DNA of 56,080 nt from Lentisphaeria bacterium (lineage in GTDB: Bacteria > Verrucomicrobiota > Lentisphaeria > JABSQK01 > JAWLHB01). The DNA lies in NCBI GenBank assembly GCA_041690595.1, contig JAWLHB010000052.1, forward strand, positions 1-56,080, in the 5' to 3' direction. The notes below the pieces were generated by a model. That model did not search any database. It saw nothing but the letters and a program-made list of their open reading frames with translations, and was not told where the DNA came from. The translations under genes and the position numbers were made by a program. The number at the start of each line of letters is the position of its first letter. The stretch's first letter is position 1. Below are positions 17,378-27,434 of this stretch, piece by piece.

Positions 17378-20317
17378 ATGATCGGATCTCCACAGCCGAC
17401 CACTTTGAATGCTGAATGGATTTGGTCGTCGGATCCTACCGATAAGATGGAGAGCTATGCGTTCTTCCGGCGCGAGTTCATGCTTGACGAGACGCCGGGT
17501 ACCGCGGAATTGTGGGTGACGGTGCACACCTCCTTTCATCTTTATGTGAATGGGATCCATGTCGTTCGCAACAGCTCGCCCGCCAACGACGGCCGGAGCT
17601 ACCTGTCGTGCTACGACATTGCCTTCGCGCTGCAGGTAGGGCGCAACTGTCTGGCGGTGATGGCACACAATACTCAGGTGTCGCGCTTCACGCACCGCAA
17701 GCGCCGCAGTGGCTTTTTCGGTCAGTTGAACGTTGACGGGGAACCCTTGCTGTGGACGGACGAGCAGTGGCAGGCCCTGTCCGGCGAATGCTATCTGAGC
17801 AATCAACCTCGTCTTTCCCGCGCGGATGGTTTTGTCGAGACAATCGATCTTCGCCGCTATCCGAAGGACTGGACCACGATCGAGTTCGACCCGCACGATT
17901 GGGAACCGGCGCAAGTGGTGCAGGTGGTGGCGAATGGTCATCTCCTCACGCAGCAGCTGGACTGCGAGTTTACCTCGGAGACCTTCAGCTACTTCAATTA
18001 CTACATCATCGGTAGTGCGCAGCAAATCGCCGCGACGACCCATGTCAACTTCTCGAATATCTACAAGGGGGCTCGCGGTCTGCACGCGGCGGAGACTTAT
18101 ATTCATGTGCAGGAAGACATGAATGTGCGCTTTCTGCTCTTCTGCGATGATCCCTATTATGTTTTTGCGAACGGCAACATCATCAAGTCTCAGGGTGTGC
18201 GGGAGATCGCCAACTGGAGTGATCCGGCCTGGAATCGGCCGCGTCCTTACCTGCAGGATCATTTCGGCGAACTCAGCTGCACTGTTCCGCTGACGGCGGG
18301 GAGCACCCACCTGCAGTTCCTGCAACTGATTGAAGAGAACTCCGCGGGGGCCACCTTCGTCTTTCCGGATACGGACCGGGATTCCATGCGCTTCCTGCGC
18401 GGCAAGGACGATTTCAGTTTTGACGGTTGGAATGTGCTTGGCAAGCTGCAGGTACCCTTCCATCACGTCCGGGAGAGCCTCGACCTGTCGCACCTGGCGA
18501 AGACGTCCTATTATGGGTATGGTCCCTGCGATGCGGCCGCGCACCTGATGGCGTATGCCTTCACCGCCAAGGAGGTGTGGGAGGAGTCGATCGAGGCGCT
18601 CGAGCTGCAGCAGAACGATTATACGGTAGTCGAGCTGGAGCGCTACGTGCGTGGCTGCCCCGAGTTCATTGTGACGGGCTCACCCGGAGACATCATCGAC
18701 GTGCTGTACGGCGAGTATCTGAATGCGCATTTTGTGCTGCCTTATGCGCATGACAGCCGCCGCGTCTTCACCATCATCTGCGATGAAGGTCCACGAAAGT
18801 GGCAAGCGGTCAGTGCGCAGGGCATCAAGTACATGATGATACTTGTGCGCCAGGCCAAGGGGACGGTCAAGCTGCAGCAGGTCGGCGTTCGGCGTGCCAC
18901 CTTCAACTTCCGTGATGCCACCTCTTTCTCGTGTTCCGACGAGCTGTTCAATCAGATCTGGGAAGCGGGCGTCAACACCCTCGAAGCGACCTATGACCAC
19001 ATGTTCCTCAATTCGGGGTGCAGCCCGGAAGGACAGCTGCTGGCGGACTCGATGCTGCAGTCGCTGGCGAGCATGTTCGTTTTTGGCACCTATGAGCTGA
19101 GCGAGAAGGCCTTGCGCGAGTTTGCGGAGGTGCAGTACGAGACCGGCGAGATTCCGGCGATTGCGCCCAGCGACTATACGGTTCGCCTGCACGACTTCGG
19201 CCTGCTCTGGCCCGTGTGGCTGCAGAAGCACGTGATGCAGAGCGGCAACATCGAGTTGGCCGTAGAGATGCTGCCCCATCTGCGTCGGCTCCGCAACTTT
19301 TATAAGTCGATTACCTCGGAAGATGGCCTTCTGCTCGGCAATCTCGAGCCTCCATACGACCTGCCCATGCTGATCGATTATGCGAGCTCGGTAGACCGCA
19401 AGGGTATCTCGACCAGTCTCAACGCCCTTTACTACAACTGCCTGGTCAAGTGCGAATGGCTCTTCCGCATTGCTGGCGAGGCTGAGGAAGCGCAGGTCTG
19501 CATCGATCACGCGGGCAAGCTGGCAAGAGCGATGCGGACGTTGACATGGGACGAGGAGACCGGTCTTTTCGCGGATGGATGGTACGAAGGGACCATGACC
19601 ACTTCGCATTCGCTGCAGGCGAACATCCTGGCCATTTACGCGGGCATCGCACCGGAAGGCAGCTACACCTCCATGTTCGAGAAGCTCTTCCTGGAGTACG
19701 CGCCATTCCTGAGTCGGATTGACGACAAGGAGAATGACAACCCCTACTTCAAGTTCTTCCTGCTCGAAATGTGCTTCCTGCACCAGTCACGGGATTGGGC
19801 GGCCGACTTCATTCGCTACTACTGGGGCAAGATGATTGCGGATGGCGCCTCGACCTGGTGGGATCGGTATTGCCCAGACCAGGAGTATGGACCGGAGCGG
19901 GCTCTCTCCCTCTGCCACGGCTATGGCGTTTCCCCGAACTACTTCCTGATCACGGAGATCGTCGGCATCCGTCCGGCCGAACCCGGCTACTCGACGGTTT
20001 ACTTCAATCCTCTCCTCACTGCCGTCGAGTGGTGCCGGGCCCAGATCAACACCCCGCGCGGAACGATCCATGTGGACTGGGGATTCCGGGAGACGGGCGA
20101 ATTGGAGATCCTGATCGACTCGACGTACAACGTCGAAGTGGTGCCGCTGCTCAATCCTGAGATCATCTCCGACGCCATCATGCATGTCAGCGACGAGGTG
20201 ATGATCGCCTATCCGGAAGAGCGTCAGCCCGCGGCCGCGGCCGAAGCGGCCAACCAGTACGATGGCATACCGGAGCCGGTGTTGGGAGACGAGGATCAGG
20301 AGTCGGCGGGCAGCTGA
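17378..20317 (+). CDS. GH78 alpha-L-rhamnosidase-fold protein with degenerate catalytic motifs
   Basis: AEWIW...FFRREF...LYVNG N-terminal domain, FSCSDELFNQIWEAG, SLCHGYG and GIRPAEPGY C-terminal motifs. No signal peptide. Confidence 0.8.
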   Translation: MIGSPQPTTLNAEWIWSSDPTDKMESYAFFRREFMLDETPGTAELWVTVHTSFHLYVNGIHVVRNSSPANDGRSYLSCYDIAFALQVGRNCLAVMAHNTQVSRFTHRKRRSGFFGQLNVDGEPLLWTDEQWQALSGECYLSNQPRLSRADGFVETIDLRRYPKDWTTIEFDPHDWEPAQVVQVVANGHLLTQQLDCEFTSETFSYFNYYIIGSAQQIAATTHVNFSNIYKGARGLHAAETYIHVQEDMNVRFLLFCDDPYYVFANGNIIKSQGVREIANWSDPAWNRPRPYLQDHFGELSCTVPLTAGSTHLQFLQLIEENSAGATFVFPDTDRDSMRFLRGKDDFSFDGWNVLGKLQVPFHHVRESLDLSHLAKTSYYGYGPCDAAAHLMAYAFTAKEVWEESIEALELQQNDYTVVELERYVRGCPEFIVTGSPGDIIDVLYGEYLNAHFVLPYAHDSRRVFTIICDEGPRKWQAVSAQGIKYMMILVRQAKGTVKLQQVGVRRATFNFRDATSFSCSDELFNQIWEAGVNTLEATYDHMFLNSGCSPEGQLLADSMLQSLASMFVFGTYELSEKALREFAEVQYETGEIPAIAPSDYTVRLHDFGLLWPVWLQKHVMQSGNIELAVEMLPHLRRLRNFYKSITSEDGLLLGNLEPPYDLPMLIDYASSVDRKGISTSLNALYYNCLVKCEWLFRIAGEAEEAQVCIDHAGKLARAMRTLTWDEETGLFADGWYEGTMTTSHSLQANILAIYAGIAPEGSYTSMFEKLFLEYAPFLSRIDDKENDNPYFKFFLLEMCFLHQSRDWAADFIRYYWGKMIADGASTWWDRYCPDQEYGPERALSLCHGYGVSPNYFLITEIVGIRPAEPGYSTVYFNPLLTAVEWCRAQINTPRGTIHVDWGFRETGELEILIDSTYNVEVVPLLNPEIISDAIMHVSDEVMIAYPEERQPAAAAEAANQYDGIPEPVLGDEDQESAGS

Positions 20318-20319
20318 GT

Positions 20320-21432
20320 TCAGGCCGGCCGGGGGATGCTTTCCCGGGCCTGATGGGCGCGCAGCTCCAGCACGATCTTCTCGACTTCCATGGCGCGGTG
20401 AACCGCGGTATGACCTTTCATCACGCACCTGCGTCCCCGCTCTCCGATGGTGAGGCGTTCCTCTTCGGAGAGATTCTGGAGGATATGCATGGTCTCCTCG
20501 GCATTGCGGCTGATCAAGATCTCCTCGCCGGGGGTGAAGAACTCGTCGAGTCCCTCCCAGTAGTCGCTGATGACGGGTACGGCGCAGGCGGCAGCTTCGA
20601 AGAGGCGAACACTCGGTGACCAGCCAAGCTTGCGCATCGCGGCGCGGGTGATGTTGAGGGTGAAGCGCTGGGCGTTGTAGAAGGTCGAATGCCGGTCAGG
20701 CGGCAAATGCTCGATGCGCTCGACATTGTTCGGCCAGTTGACGCTGGATGGATACCGGGGGCCGGCCACGACAAAGCGCTGCTCTGGAAGCCGGCGGGCG
20801 GCCTCCAGCATGAGCTGTTCGAGAGGGGGCTGACGGTCATCGCTGTAGGTTCCCATGTAGCCGAGATCCCAGGACATCTCTTGCGGCGCTTCAGGACGAT
20901 AGGCCGTCGTATCGACCGAGCAGTAGAGGGGACGGGCCATCGGTGAATGATAGCGTCTCTCCAGGATCTCCAGTACCCGGCCGCCGGCAAAGGAGAGGTA
21001 GAGTTGATAATCGGCGATCTGCCGGACGGCCAGGTAGTCGCATTCCCCGCGTTCGAGATGATCCAGCGTCACGGGGGTGTCGATATCGTAGAAGGCGGTG
21101 ATGCCCGTGGCGGTTTCCAGCACCCAGTCTCCTACCTCGATACCGTCCGGCACATACGAGCCGACAATGACCATGTCGGCCTGCTGTACGGCGTGCGCAT
21201 GTTCGTCCCGCAAGGTGTCGAAGGAGTCATAGAGAGCGGTGGTGCCGTAGGGCGGCGATGGGAGATCGCGGTTAGCGGCGTACCACGGCATGTCGCGTTC
21301 GAGAAAGAGGAGCCGATGACCGCGATTTTCCAGTTCGCGAATGAGCGCGCGATAGGTTGTGGCATGGCCATTTCCCCAGGATGAGGTAATGGTCAGCCCG
21401 AGGATGACAATGTCGAGGGAAGCATCGCTCAT
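20320..21432 (-). CDS. CgeB-like glycosyltransferase (Glyco_trans_1_2)
   Basis: SSWGNGHATTYR, FYDIDTP, SPSVRLFEAAAC. Confidence 0.85.
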   Translation of the reverse strand: MSDASLDIVILGLTITSSWGNGHATTYRALIRELENRGHRLLFLERDMPWYAANRDLPSPPYGTTALYDSFDTLRDEHAHAVQQADMVIVGSYVPDGIEVGDWVLETATGITAFYDIDTPVTLDHLERGECDYLAVRQIADYQLYLSFAGGRVLEILERRYHSPMARPLYCSVDTTAYRPEAPQEMSWDLGYMGTYSDDRQPPLEQLMLEAARRLPEQRFVVAGPRYPSSVNWPNNVERIEHLPPDRHSTFYNAQRFTLNITRAAMRKLGWSPSVRLFEAAACAVPVISDYWEGLDEFFTPGEEILISRNAEETMHILQNLSEEERLTIGERGRRCVMKGHTAVHRAMEVEKIVLELRAHQARESIPRPA

Positions 21433-22544
21433 GCCGTCATCTCCTTGCGCAGGGCGGTTTGCTCCAGAAGGACGGACTCCACCTGCTCGGCGCGGTGGGC
21501 GTAGGTATGCTCGTGGAGTACGCGCCGCATGGCGGCTTTGCCGATGGCGTTGGCCTGCTCGACGCTGAGCGTACGCAGATGGGCGATGACCTCGTCGCCA
21601 TCAGCGGCAACGAGGCATTCACGTCCGGGGGTAAGGAAGTGCTCGATTCCTTCCCAGGCATCGGTGATCATGCACGCGCCTGAGCCGGCGGCTTCGAAGA
21701 CGCGCGTGGCGGGAGAGAAACCATAACGGGCCATGCTCTCCCGGCTGATATTGAGTACGGCGAAGGGGGTGCAGTTGAAGGCGTTGTGGTCGCGCGTATA
21801 GACATGGCCGAGCACCTTGACGTTACCACGCCTGGGCACGTCTTGCGCATCCCAGCCGCTGCCGCCGATCATGAAGGTAGATCCTGGCATGGCATCCGCC
21901 GGTTTGAAGAAGAACTCCTTCACTCTCGCTTCCCGATCGGGCAGTCGATTGCCCAGGAAGGCGAGGGTGGCGTGAAAGGCATCGACCGGCTCGACCGGAT
22001 GATGGGTATCGGCATCGAAGGCGTTGTAGATGGGGACGCAATCGCGTGCCGCCTGCTCGCGGTAAGCGTTGATCACCGGCTTGCCGCCGCCATAGGTGAG
22101 GACGATGTCATACTCGGGCACGAGCTCGGCAAAGGGATCATGGCGGTTGTTCTGAAGGCGATCGAGCGTGGCGGGCGCATCGACATCCCAGAAGGCGACC
22201 ATGGTGTGCGGGCGGCGGATCTCCAGGACCCGCCTCTCCAGGTAATCGTCGAGAACGCCGACGCCGCTGGTCTTGATGATTACGTCACACTCCGAGGCCT
22301 CCGCGAGCACGCGATCCGCCGCGGCCTTGGTGGGAGCATAGACGACGCTCCGGGCGTACGGCGGATCCTTCTCCAGGTCTCGGTGCGCCTGCCGTTCGTA
22401 GGCGTCCGGCTCGTAGAAGGTGATGGTGTGACCACGTTGATGAAGGGCGCGGATGATGCCGCGATAGTAGGTGGCAGCGCCGTTCCAGTAAGCGGATACG
22501 AGGCTGGAGCCAAAGAAGGCGATGCGCAGCTGACGGTTCTTCAT
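21429..22544 (-). CDS. CgeB-like glycosyltransferase
   Basis: SAYWNGAATYYRG, WDVDAP, SPATRVFEAAG. 4-bp overlaps with both neighbours. Confidence 0.85.
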   Translation of the reverse strand: MKNRQLRIAFFGSSLVSAYWNGAATYYRGIIRALHQRGHTITFYEPDAYERQAHRDLEKDPPYARSVVYAPTKAAADRVLAEASECDVIIKTSGVGVLDDYLERRVLEIRRPHTMVAFWDVDAPATLDRLQNNRHDPFAELVPEYDIVLTYGGGKPVINAYREQAARDCVPIYNAFDADTHHPVEPVDAFHATLAFLGNRLPDREARVKEFFFKPADAMPGSTFMIGGSGWDAQDVPRRGNVKVLGHVYTRDHNAFNCTPFAVLNISRESMARYGFSPATRVFEAAGSGACMITDAWEGIEHFLTPGRECLVAADGDEVIAHLRTLSVEQANAIGKAAMRRVLHEHTYAHRAEQVESVLLEQTALRKEMTA

Positions 22545-23749
22545 GAGAAGATGAAGCTCCGGTGGTGGATGGCGTTGAAGAAGGCGCCGGCGGGACGCAA
22601 TCGCGCTCCGTTGACAGGAAGGCGTAGGGGGGAGGCGGCGAGTTGACGAATCCGGGTATCGAGGTCAAGCTCTCCACAGATGGCCAGCAACTGGCGGACG
22701 CGATGGGCGCAGGTGTGGCGGCTGAGGATGGTTTGCCGAGCCCGGCCGGCCATGGCGCGGGCCTCCTTCGGATGCTTGAGCAGGCGGTCGATCAGGCCGG
22801 TCATGGCCTCACCGTCTTCCGCCACCAGGTAATCATTGCCTGGATTGAAGAGCCCTTCGCTGTCATCCCAGGGCGAGCAGATGAGCGGCAGACCGCACGC
22901 CATTGCTTCAAAGGGACGAATCGTCGGGATACCCGGCAGTGATTCCACGTAGGGGCGCCGGGGTACGTGAAGCGTCAGGCGATAGGCGCTGAAGACTTCA
23001 GGGACACGATAGTTGGGCAGCCATCCCGCGTATTGAATGCCGGCGCCGGCGAGTGCCTCACGGGCCTCGTCCGGGTAGCGTACGCCGTGCACCCGCGCCT
23101 TGAGCTTGAGCGTGGCAATCGGCTCGATCAGGTAGTTCTGGAGTTCCTCGGCGCGCTCGTCATCGCCCCAGTTACCGATCCAGACAATGTCGCCGGCGGT
23201 TTCTTTTGCGGGGATGGGCCGGAAGACGCTGGTGTCGGCAGCTTCGTGCCATACCCAGACGCGTTTTGCCCAGCCGCGTTTGCGATAGATGTTCCGGATG
23301 ACGCTGCCGAAGGCCAGAACGCCATCGTAACAACTGAGGTCGTAGTGGGCCATCTCTTCCGGCTTGGTGACGGAGCGATGGTGGGTATCATGGAAGAGCA
23401 GCCGACAGTGTGGATTGGTGGACCGGTAGCGGCCGATTGCATCGACCAGAGCCGGATCATTCCATTCATGGACGATGATCAGATCGGCGCCTTGAAGGAG
23501 CTGTTCGAGATTCGGCGCTTCGGGGTCATAGAAGACACTGTTGAGCTGGGGATAGGCATGGTGGAAGCCGCGCAGGGGTTCCTCCCCGTGGTACTTGATC
23601 AGATTCCGATAGCTCCAGCCTTCCCGCGGCTCGAAGATCTGGACATCGTGTCCCAGCTCGATCAATTCGCGGGCGTAGCCTCGCAGGAAGTGAGCGTTGC
23701 CATGGTTCCAATCCGACAGAAGAGAATGGTAAAACAGGCAGATGTTCAC
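22541..23749 (-). CDS. CgeB-like glycosyltransferase
   Basis: SDWNHGNAHFLRG, IPTIRPFEAMACG. GTG start with AAGGA upstream. Confidence 0.85.
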   Translation of the reverse strand: MNICLFYHSLLSDWNHGNAHFLRGYARELIELGHDVQIFEPREGWSYRNLIKYHGEEPLRGFHHAYPQLNSVFYDPEAPNLEQLLQGADLIIVHEWNDPALVDAIGRYRSTNPHCRLLFHDTHHRSVTKPEEMAHYDLSCYDGVLAFGSVIRNIYRKRGWAKRVWVWHEAADTSVFRPIPAKETAGDIVWIGNWGDDERAEELQNYLIEPIATLKLKARVHGVRYPDEAREALAGAGIQYAGWLPNYRVPEVFSAYRLTLHVPRRPYVESLPGIPTIRPFEAMACGLPLICSPWDDSEGLFNPGNDYLVAEDGEAMTGLIDRLLKHPKEARAMAGRARQTILSRHTCAHRVRQLLAICGELDLDTRIRQLAASPLRLPVNGARLRPAGAFFNAIHHRSFIFS

Positions 23750-23774
23750 GGTTGTCTATCCTTGGTTGAGTCGA

Positions 23775-24932
23775 TCAGCCGCGGGTGGAGGCTGACATGT
23801 TGGGGGATGGATGCCACCCTTCGGAACGGAGGGCATGGTGAGAGGCGATCAGCAGTTCGTAGAGCCGCAGATAGCGTTCGACGGTACGCCGCGGACGGTA
23901 CAGTTCGGCGCGAGCGCGAGCGCGAGCCGCCATCTCGCGCCGGAGCGGTGGCGATGCGATCAAGCGGCACAGCTCCGTGCGAAGCTGGTCGTGATCGTCC
24001 GGTTGCACATAGATGGCGGCATCGTCCCACACTTCCCGGAGTGATGGAATGTCGCCCAGAACAAGAGCGCAGCCGGAGAGCGCTGCTTCCAGCGCGGAGA
24101 GGCCGAAAGGCTCGTAGCGGGCAGGGAGGGCATAGATGGAGGCGCGCGACATCCAGTCGGCGATCTCCTCGGAGGTCAGCCATCCCAGGCATTCCACGGC
24201 GGGGAAGCTGTTGCTGCCGCCATCTGGATGGTCCTCTTCGCCGGCGATACGAACGGCCCAGGGAAGGGTGGATGCAATGGCGTCCAGTGCCGCGATATTC
24301 TTGGCATCGTCCCAGAGACGACCGACGGAGAGAATGAAGGGTTGCTTGGTGGTGGCGGGATGGAAGAGCCATGGTCGCCGGCAGTTGGGTATGAACCCGG
24401 CAGTCTGGAAAGCGCCATAGTGGTTCTTCAGCTCGGTCAGCATGGCGCGAGTCGGTGCGGTGACCGCATCGGCGCGTCGCAGGCCGGAGCGAACCTTGGT
24501 GTGGTAGGTCTTCCATTCGTCCTCGGGGGGGCTTTCGCCACGCACCGCCGCGAACCACGAATAGACGCAGGAATGGGCCGTCATGAGCACGGGAGCCTGC
24601 CAGGGAAGGGAGCCATGGGCATAGCCGTTGAGGTGAATGACATCCGGCTGCCACTCATCCGCCAATTGGAAGAGCCACTCGCCGGCGGCCGCGACATCCG
24701 ACCACGGATCCTGCATCCATTCCAGCTTGTATCGGCTTTCGTGGAGGATGAGCGACGGGCCGACGGCGGAAACTTCATGACGCTGGCGCTCGGTCAGCGG
24801 CGATCCCATGGTGGCCAGATGCACCTCTACGCCGCGGCAGGTGAGTGCCTCCGCCAGTTCCATACAATAGGTCCAGACGCCGCCGACGGTATCGGTCGTC
24901 ATCAGGATGCGGGTGATCTGAATATCCATCAT
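23775..24932 (-). CDS. GT4 glycosyltransferase
   Basis: TDTVGGVW, YEPFGLSALEAALSGC (E-x7-E motif). Confidence 0.88.
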   Translation of the reverse strand: MMDIQITRILMTTDTVGGVWTYCMELAEALTCRGVEVHLATMGSPLTERQRHEVSAVGPSLILHESRYKLEWMQDPWSDVAAAGEWLFQLADEWQPDVIHLNGYAHGSLPWQAPVLMTAHSCVYSWFAAVRGESPPEDEWKTYHTKVRSGLRRADAVTAPTRAMLTELKNHYGAFQTAGFIPNCRRPWLFHPATTKQPFILSVGRLWDDAKNIAALDAIASTLPWAVRIAGEEDHPDGGSNSFPAVECLGWLTSEEIADWMSRASIYALPARYEPFGLSALEAALSGCALVLGDIPSLREVWDDAAIYVQPDDHDQLRTELCRLIASPPLRREMAARARARAELYRPRRTVERYLRLYELLIASHHALRSEGWHPSPNMSASTRG

Positions 24933-25237
24933 GCCTCTCCTCCTTCCTCGAGTTGCAAGCTTTTGCGGTCAACGAATGAGCAGAAACGACTGACTTCGCC
25001 GAAGGCATTATGATCCTGGCAGACAAAGGCCAGGTTCTGTTCCTCGAAAGCGAGAAAGAAGTCCTCCCAACTGAGGTGGCTGAGTTCGTCGTTGCCGCCA
25101 CCGTGAAAGTCGATGACGAGCCGGACATTATGCTCGTTTTCCCCGGTATCGGGGAGGATGGCGGGTTCTCCATCGCGCTTGACGATCCAGCTACGGATAT
25201 CGCGGTGGTCGGTGTAGATGTGATCTGCTTCTGTCAT
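24929..25237 (-). CDS. Small acidic hypothetical protein (102 aa)
   Basis: TDHRDIRSW...GEPA and SWEDFFLAFEEQNLAF pattern. ATGA overlap with the GT4 gene. Confidence 0.75.
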   Translation of the reverse strand: MTEADHIYTDHRDIRSWIVKRDGEPAILPDTGENEHNVRLVIDFHGGGNDELSHLSWEDFFLAFEEQNLAFVCQDHNAFGEVSRFCSFVDRKSLQLEEGGEA

Positions 25238-25271
25238 GGGAGTGGTCTCAGGCTGGTGGAACGTGCGGCTG

Positions 25272-26306
25272 CTAACCCAAGGTGATCAGCCCCTTGAGAA
25301 AGCCGTCGGGGCGCTGTTGGATCATGTCGAGTGCCTTACCGAGTTCTTCGAGGCGAAAGTGATGGGTGAAGAGTGACTGCGGCTGCAACCTGCCCACGCA
25401 GACGGCATGGATGGCAGCGCGAATACCGTCGACGTAGCGCTGGGGATCCCGCTCGTGGGCGTTGATGACATCGAGGCCGCGCCAGTTCCACTGCTGCATG
25501 TTGACTTGCCTGGGGCCATCCTGATGATAGCCGGCAATGATCAGCTTGCCGCGTATGCGGGTCAGTTCCCCGGCAAGGTCCAGGGGCCACTGGTAACCGA
25601 CACACTCGATGACGCGGTCACACCATTCGCCACCGGTCAGCTCCTTGACGGTCTCGAGAATGCGCCAGTGGTCGTCCATGAGGATCGTTTCGTCAGCGCC
25701 GCACTGCCGGGCAACGTCCAGGGAGTATTGACGTCGTGAGATGGCGTAGACGGTAGCGCCGGCTCGGCTGGCGAGCTGGGTCAGCAGGGCGCCCAGCAGG
25801 CCGATGCCAATGATGGCGACCGTATGCCCTTCAAGGATGTCGCCGCGGTTATAGACATTCATGACGCAGCCCAGCGGCTCTGCCGGAAACGGTTGATCCG
25901 CCAGCTCGTCCGGCAAGGGGATGACGTTCCGCGCATCGGCAATATCGTATTGGGCATACGCATGATCGCTGATCATGGCGACGCGCTGCCCTTCACGAAG
26001 GGCGCTGACCCCAGCGCCGACCTGATCGACGATGCCCCAGCCTTCGTGGCCGGGGTTGCCTGGCGGCATGGGATAGGAGAACCATTCGCGTCCTTCCCAC
26101 ACGGGGATATTGCTGGCACAGACACCGCAACCCTGCAGGTGCACGCGCACCTCTCCCGCGCCCGGTTGGGGAAGCGCCAACTCCTGTATGGTCACCTCGC
26201 CGGGGGAGGTGATGACGGCGGCCCGCATGCGAGCGGGCATGCTCCTGCGCTGCGACTTGCGGGTGGCGGTGGCGGTGACTGGATCATCGTTGGCAAGTGC
26301 GATCAT
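25272..26306 (-). CDS. Zinc-dependent MDR dehydrogenase (threonine/sorbitol dehydrogenase-like)
   Basis: CGVCASN, GHEGWG, GIGLLG. ATG at 26306 overlaps the upstream stop (ATGA). Confidence 0.87.
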   Translation of the reverse strand: MIALANDDPVTATATRKSQRRSMPARMRAAVITSPGEVTIQELALPQPGAGEVRVHLQGCGVCASNIPVWEGREWFSYPMPPGNPGHEGWGIVDQVGAGVSALREGQRVAMISDHAYAQYDIADARNVIPLPDELADQPFPAEPLGCVMNVYNRGDILEGHTVAIIGIGLLGALLTQLASRAGATVYAISRRQYSLDVARQCGADETILMDDHWRILETVKELTGGEWCDRVIECVGYQWPLDLAGELTRIRGKLIIAGYHQDGPRQVNMQQWNWRGLDVINAHERDPQRYVDGIRAAIHAVCVGRLQPQSLFTHHFRLEELGKALDMIQQRPDGFLKGLITLG

Positions 26307-27421
26307 AACGTCAATCCCCGCAGTTTGAGTTCGGAGTGAGCGGATTCCACATTGTCCTCGGCGATCTGGCCGGCGAGCCAGTCCGCCAGCTCGCGAAGGC
26401 CTTCCTCGAAATCGACCTTGGGCTCGAAACCAAGTACTTGGCGGGCACATTCGATATCGGCGAAGCAGTGGCGGATATCGCCGACGCGATATTCGCCGTT
26501 GATGTCGGGAGCGAGATTCTCTCGGCCCATCACCTTGGCTGTCTTGCGGGCCAGCGCATTGATGCTGATCTGCCTGCCGCTGCCGACATTGATCGGTTTG
26601 CCGCTGGCCGCGTCGCTTTCCATGGCGAGACGGCAGGCGCGGGCAATATCCCTGACATGGACGAAATCGCGTTGCTGGTTGCCATCTTCAAAAACCAGAG
26701 GCGGCTTGCCGTTGAGGAAGCGCGAAGCAAAGATGGCCAGGACGCCGGTATAGGGATTGGAGAGGGACTGGCGGGTTCCGTAGACGTTGAAGAAGCGCAG
26801 CGCCACGGCGGGAATGTTGTAGGCGTTACCAGTAGTCAACGCCATGCATTCCTGATCATACTTGCTGAGAGCATAGATGCTTGCCAGGTTGGCGGGTTTG
26901 CTCTCCGGGGTGGCAATCGGGGTCAGGAAGGATCCATTGCCATCGCTGATCTCCCAAATTCCCCGGGCCAGCTGCTCCCGGTTGCGCGCGACATTGCTGT
27001 GCGGCCTGCCGGCGTCATCCCGATAGAGCCCTTCGCCATAGATGCTCATGGACGAAGCGACGACCAGCTTCTGCACCGGATGGTCAAGGAGCTGTTCGAG
27101 CAGAACCGCGGTGCCCACGTTGTTGATATCGGTATAGCGGCGGATCTCGTACATGCTCTGGCCGACGCCGACAGCGGCTGCCAGATGAAAGACCGCGGCT
27201 ACATTCTGCAGCGCCTTGCAGACCGCGTCCGGATCGCGCACGTCCCCGTAGATGAACTCAACCTGGTCGCTGAGGTAGTCGGGGGGAGTCGTTCGCTCGC
27301 CATGCACCTGGGGTGAAAGGTTATCGAGAACCCTGACCTCATAACCATGGGTGAGGAGTTCATCGCAAAGGTGGCTGCCGATGAATCCGGCGCCTCCAGT
27401 AACAAGCACTTTCATTTTCAT
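26303..27421 (-). CDS. NAD-dependent epimerase/dehydratase (extended SDR)
   Basis: VTGGAGFIGSH, YALSK, LRFFNVYG, RDFVHV. Confidence 0.92.
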   Translation of the reverse strand: MKMKVLVTGGAGFIGSHLCDELLTHGYEVRVLDNLSPQVHGERTTPPDYLSDQVEFIYGDVRDPDAVCKALQNVAAVFHLAAAVGVGQSMYEIRRYTDINNVGTAVLLEQLLDHPVQKLVVASSMSIYGEGLYRDDAGRPHSNVARNREQLARGIWEISDGNGSFLTPIATPESKPANLASIYALSKYDQECMALTTGNAYNIPAVALRFFNVYGTRQSLSNPYTGVLAIFASRFLNGKPPLVFEDGNQQRDFVHVRDIARACRLAMESDAASGKPINVGSGRQISINALARKTAKVMGRENLAPDINGEYRVGDIRHCFADIECARQVLGFEPKVDFEEGLRELADWLAGQIAEDNVESAHSELKLRGLTL

Positions 27422-27434
27422 ACCCTGCTCCTGC

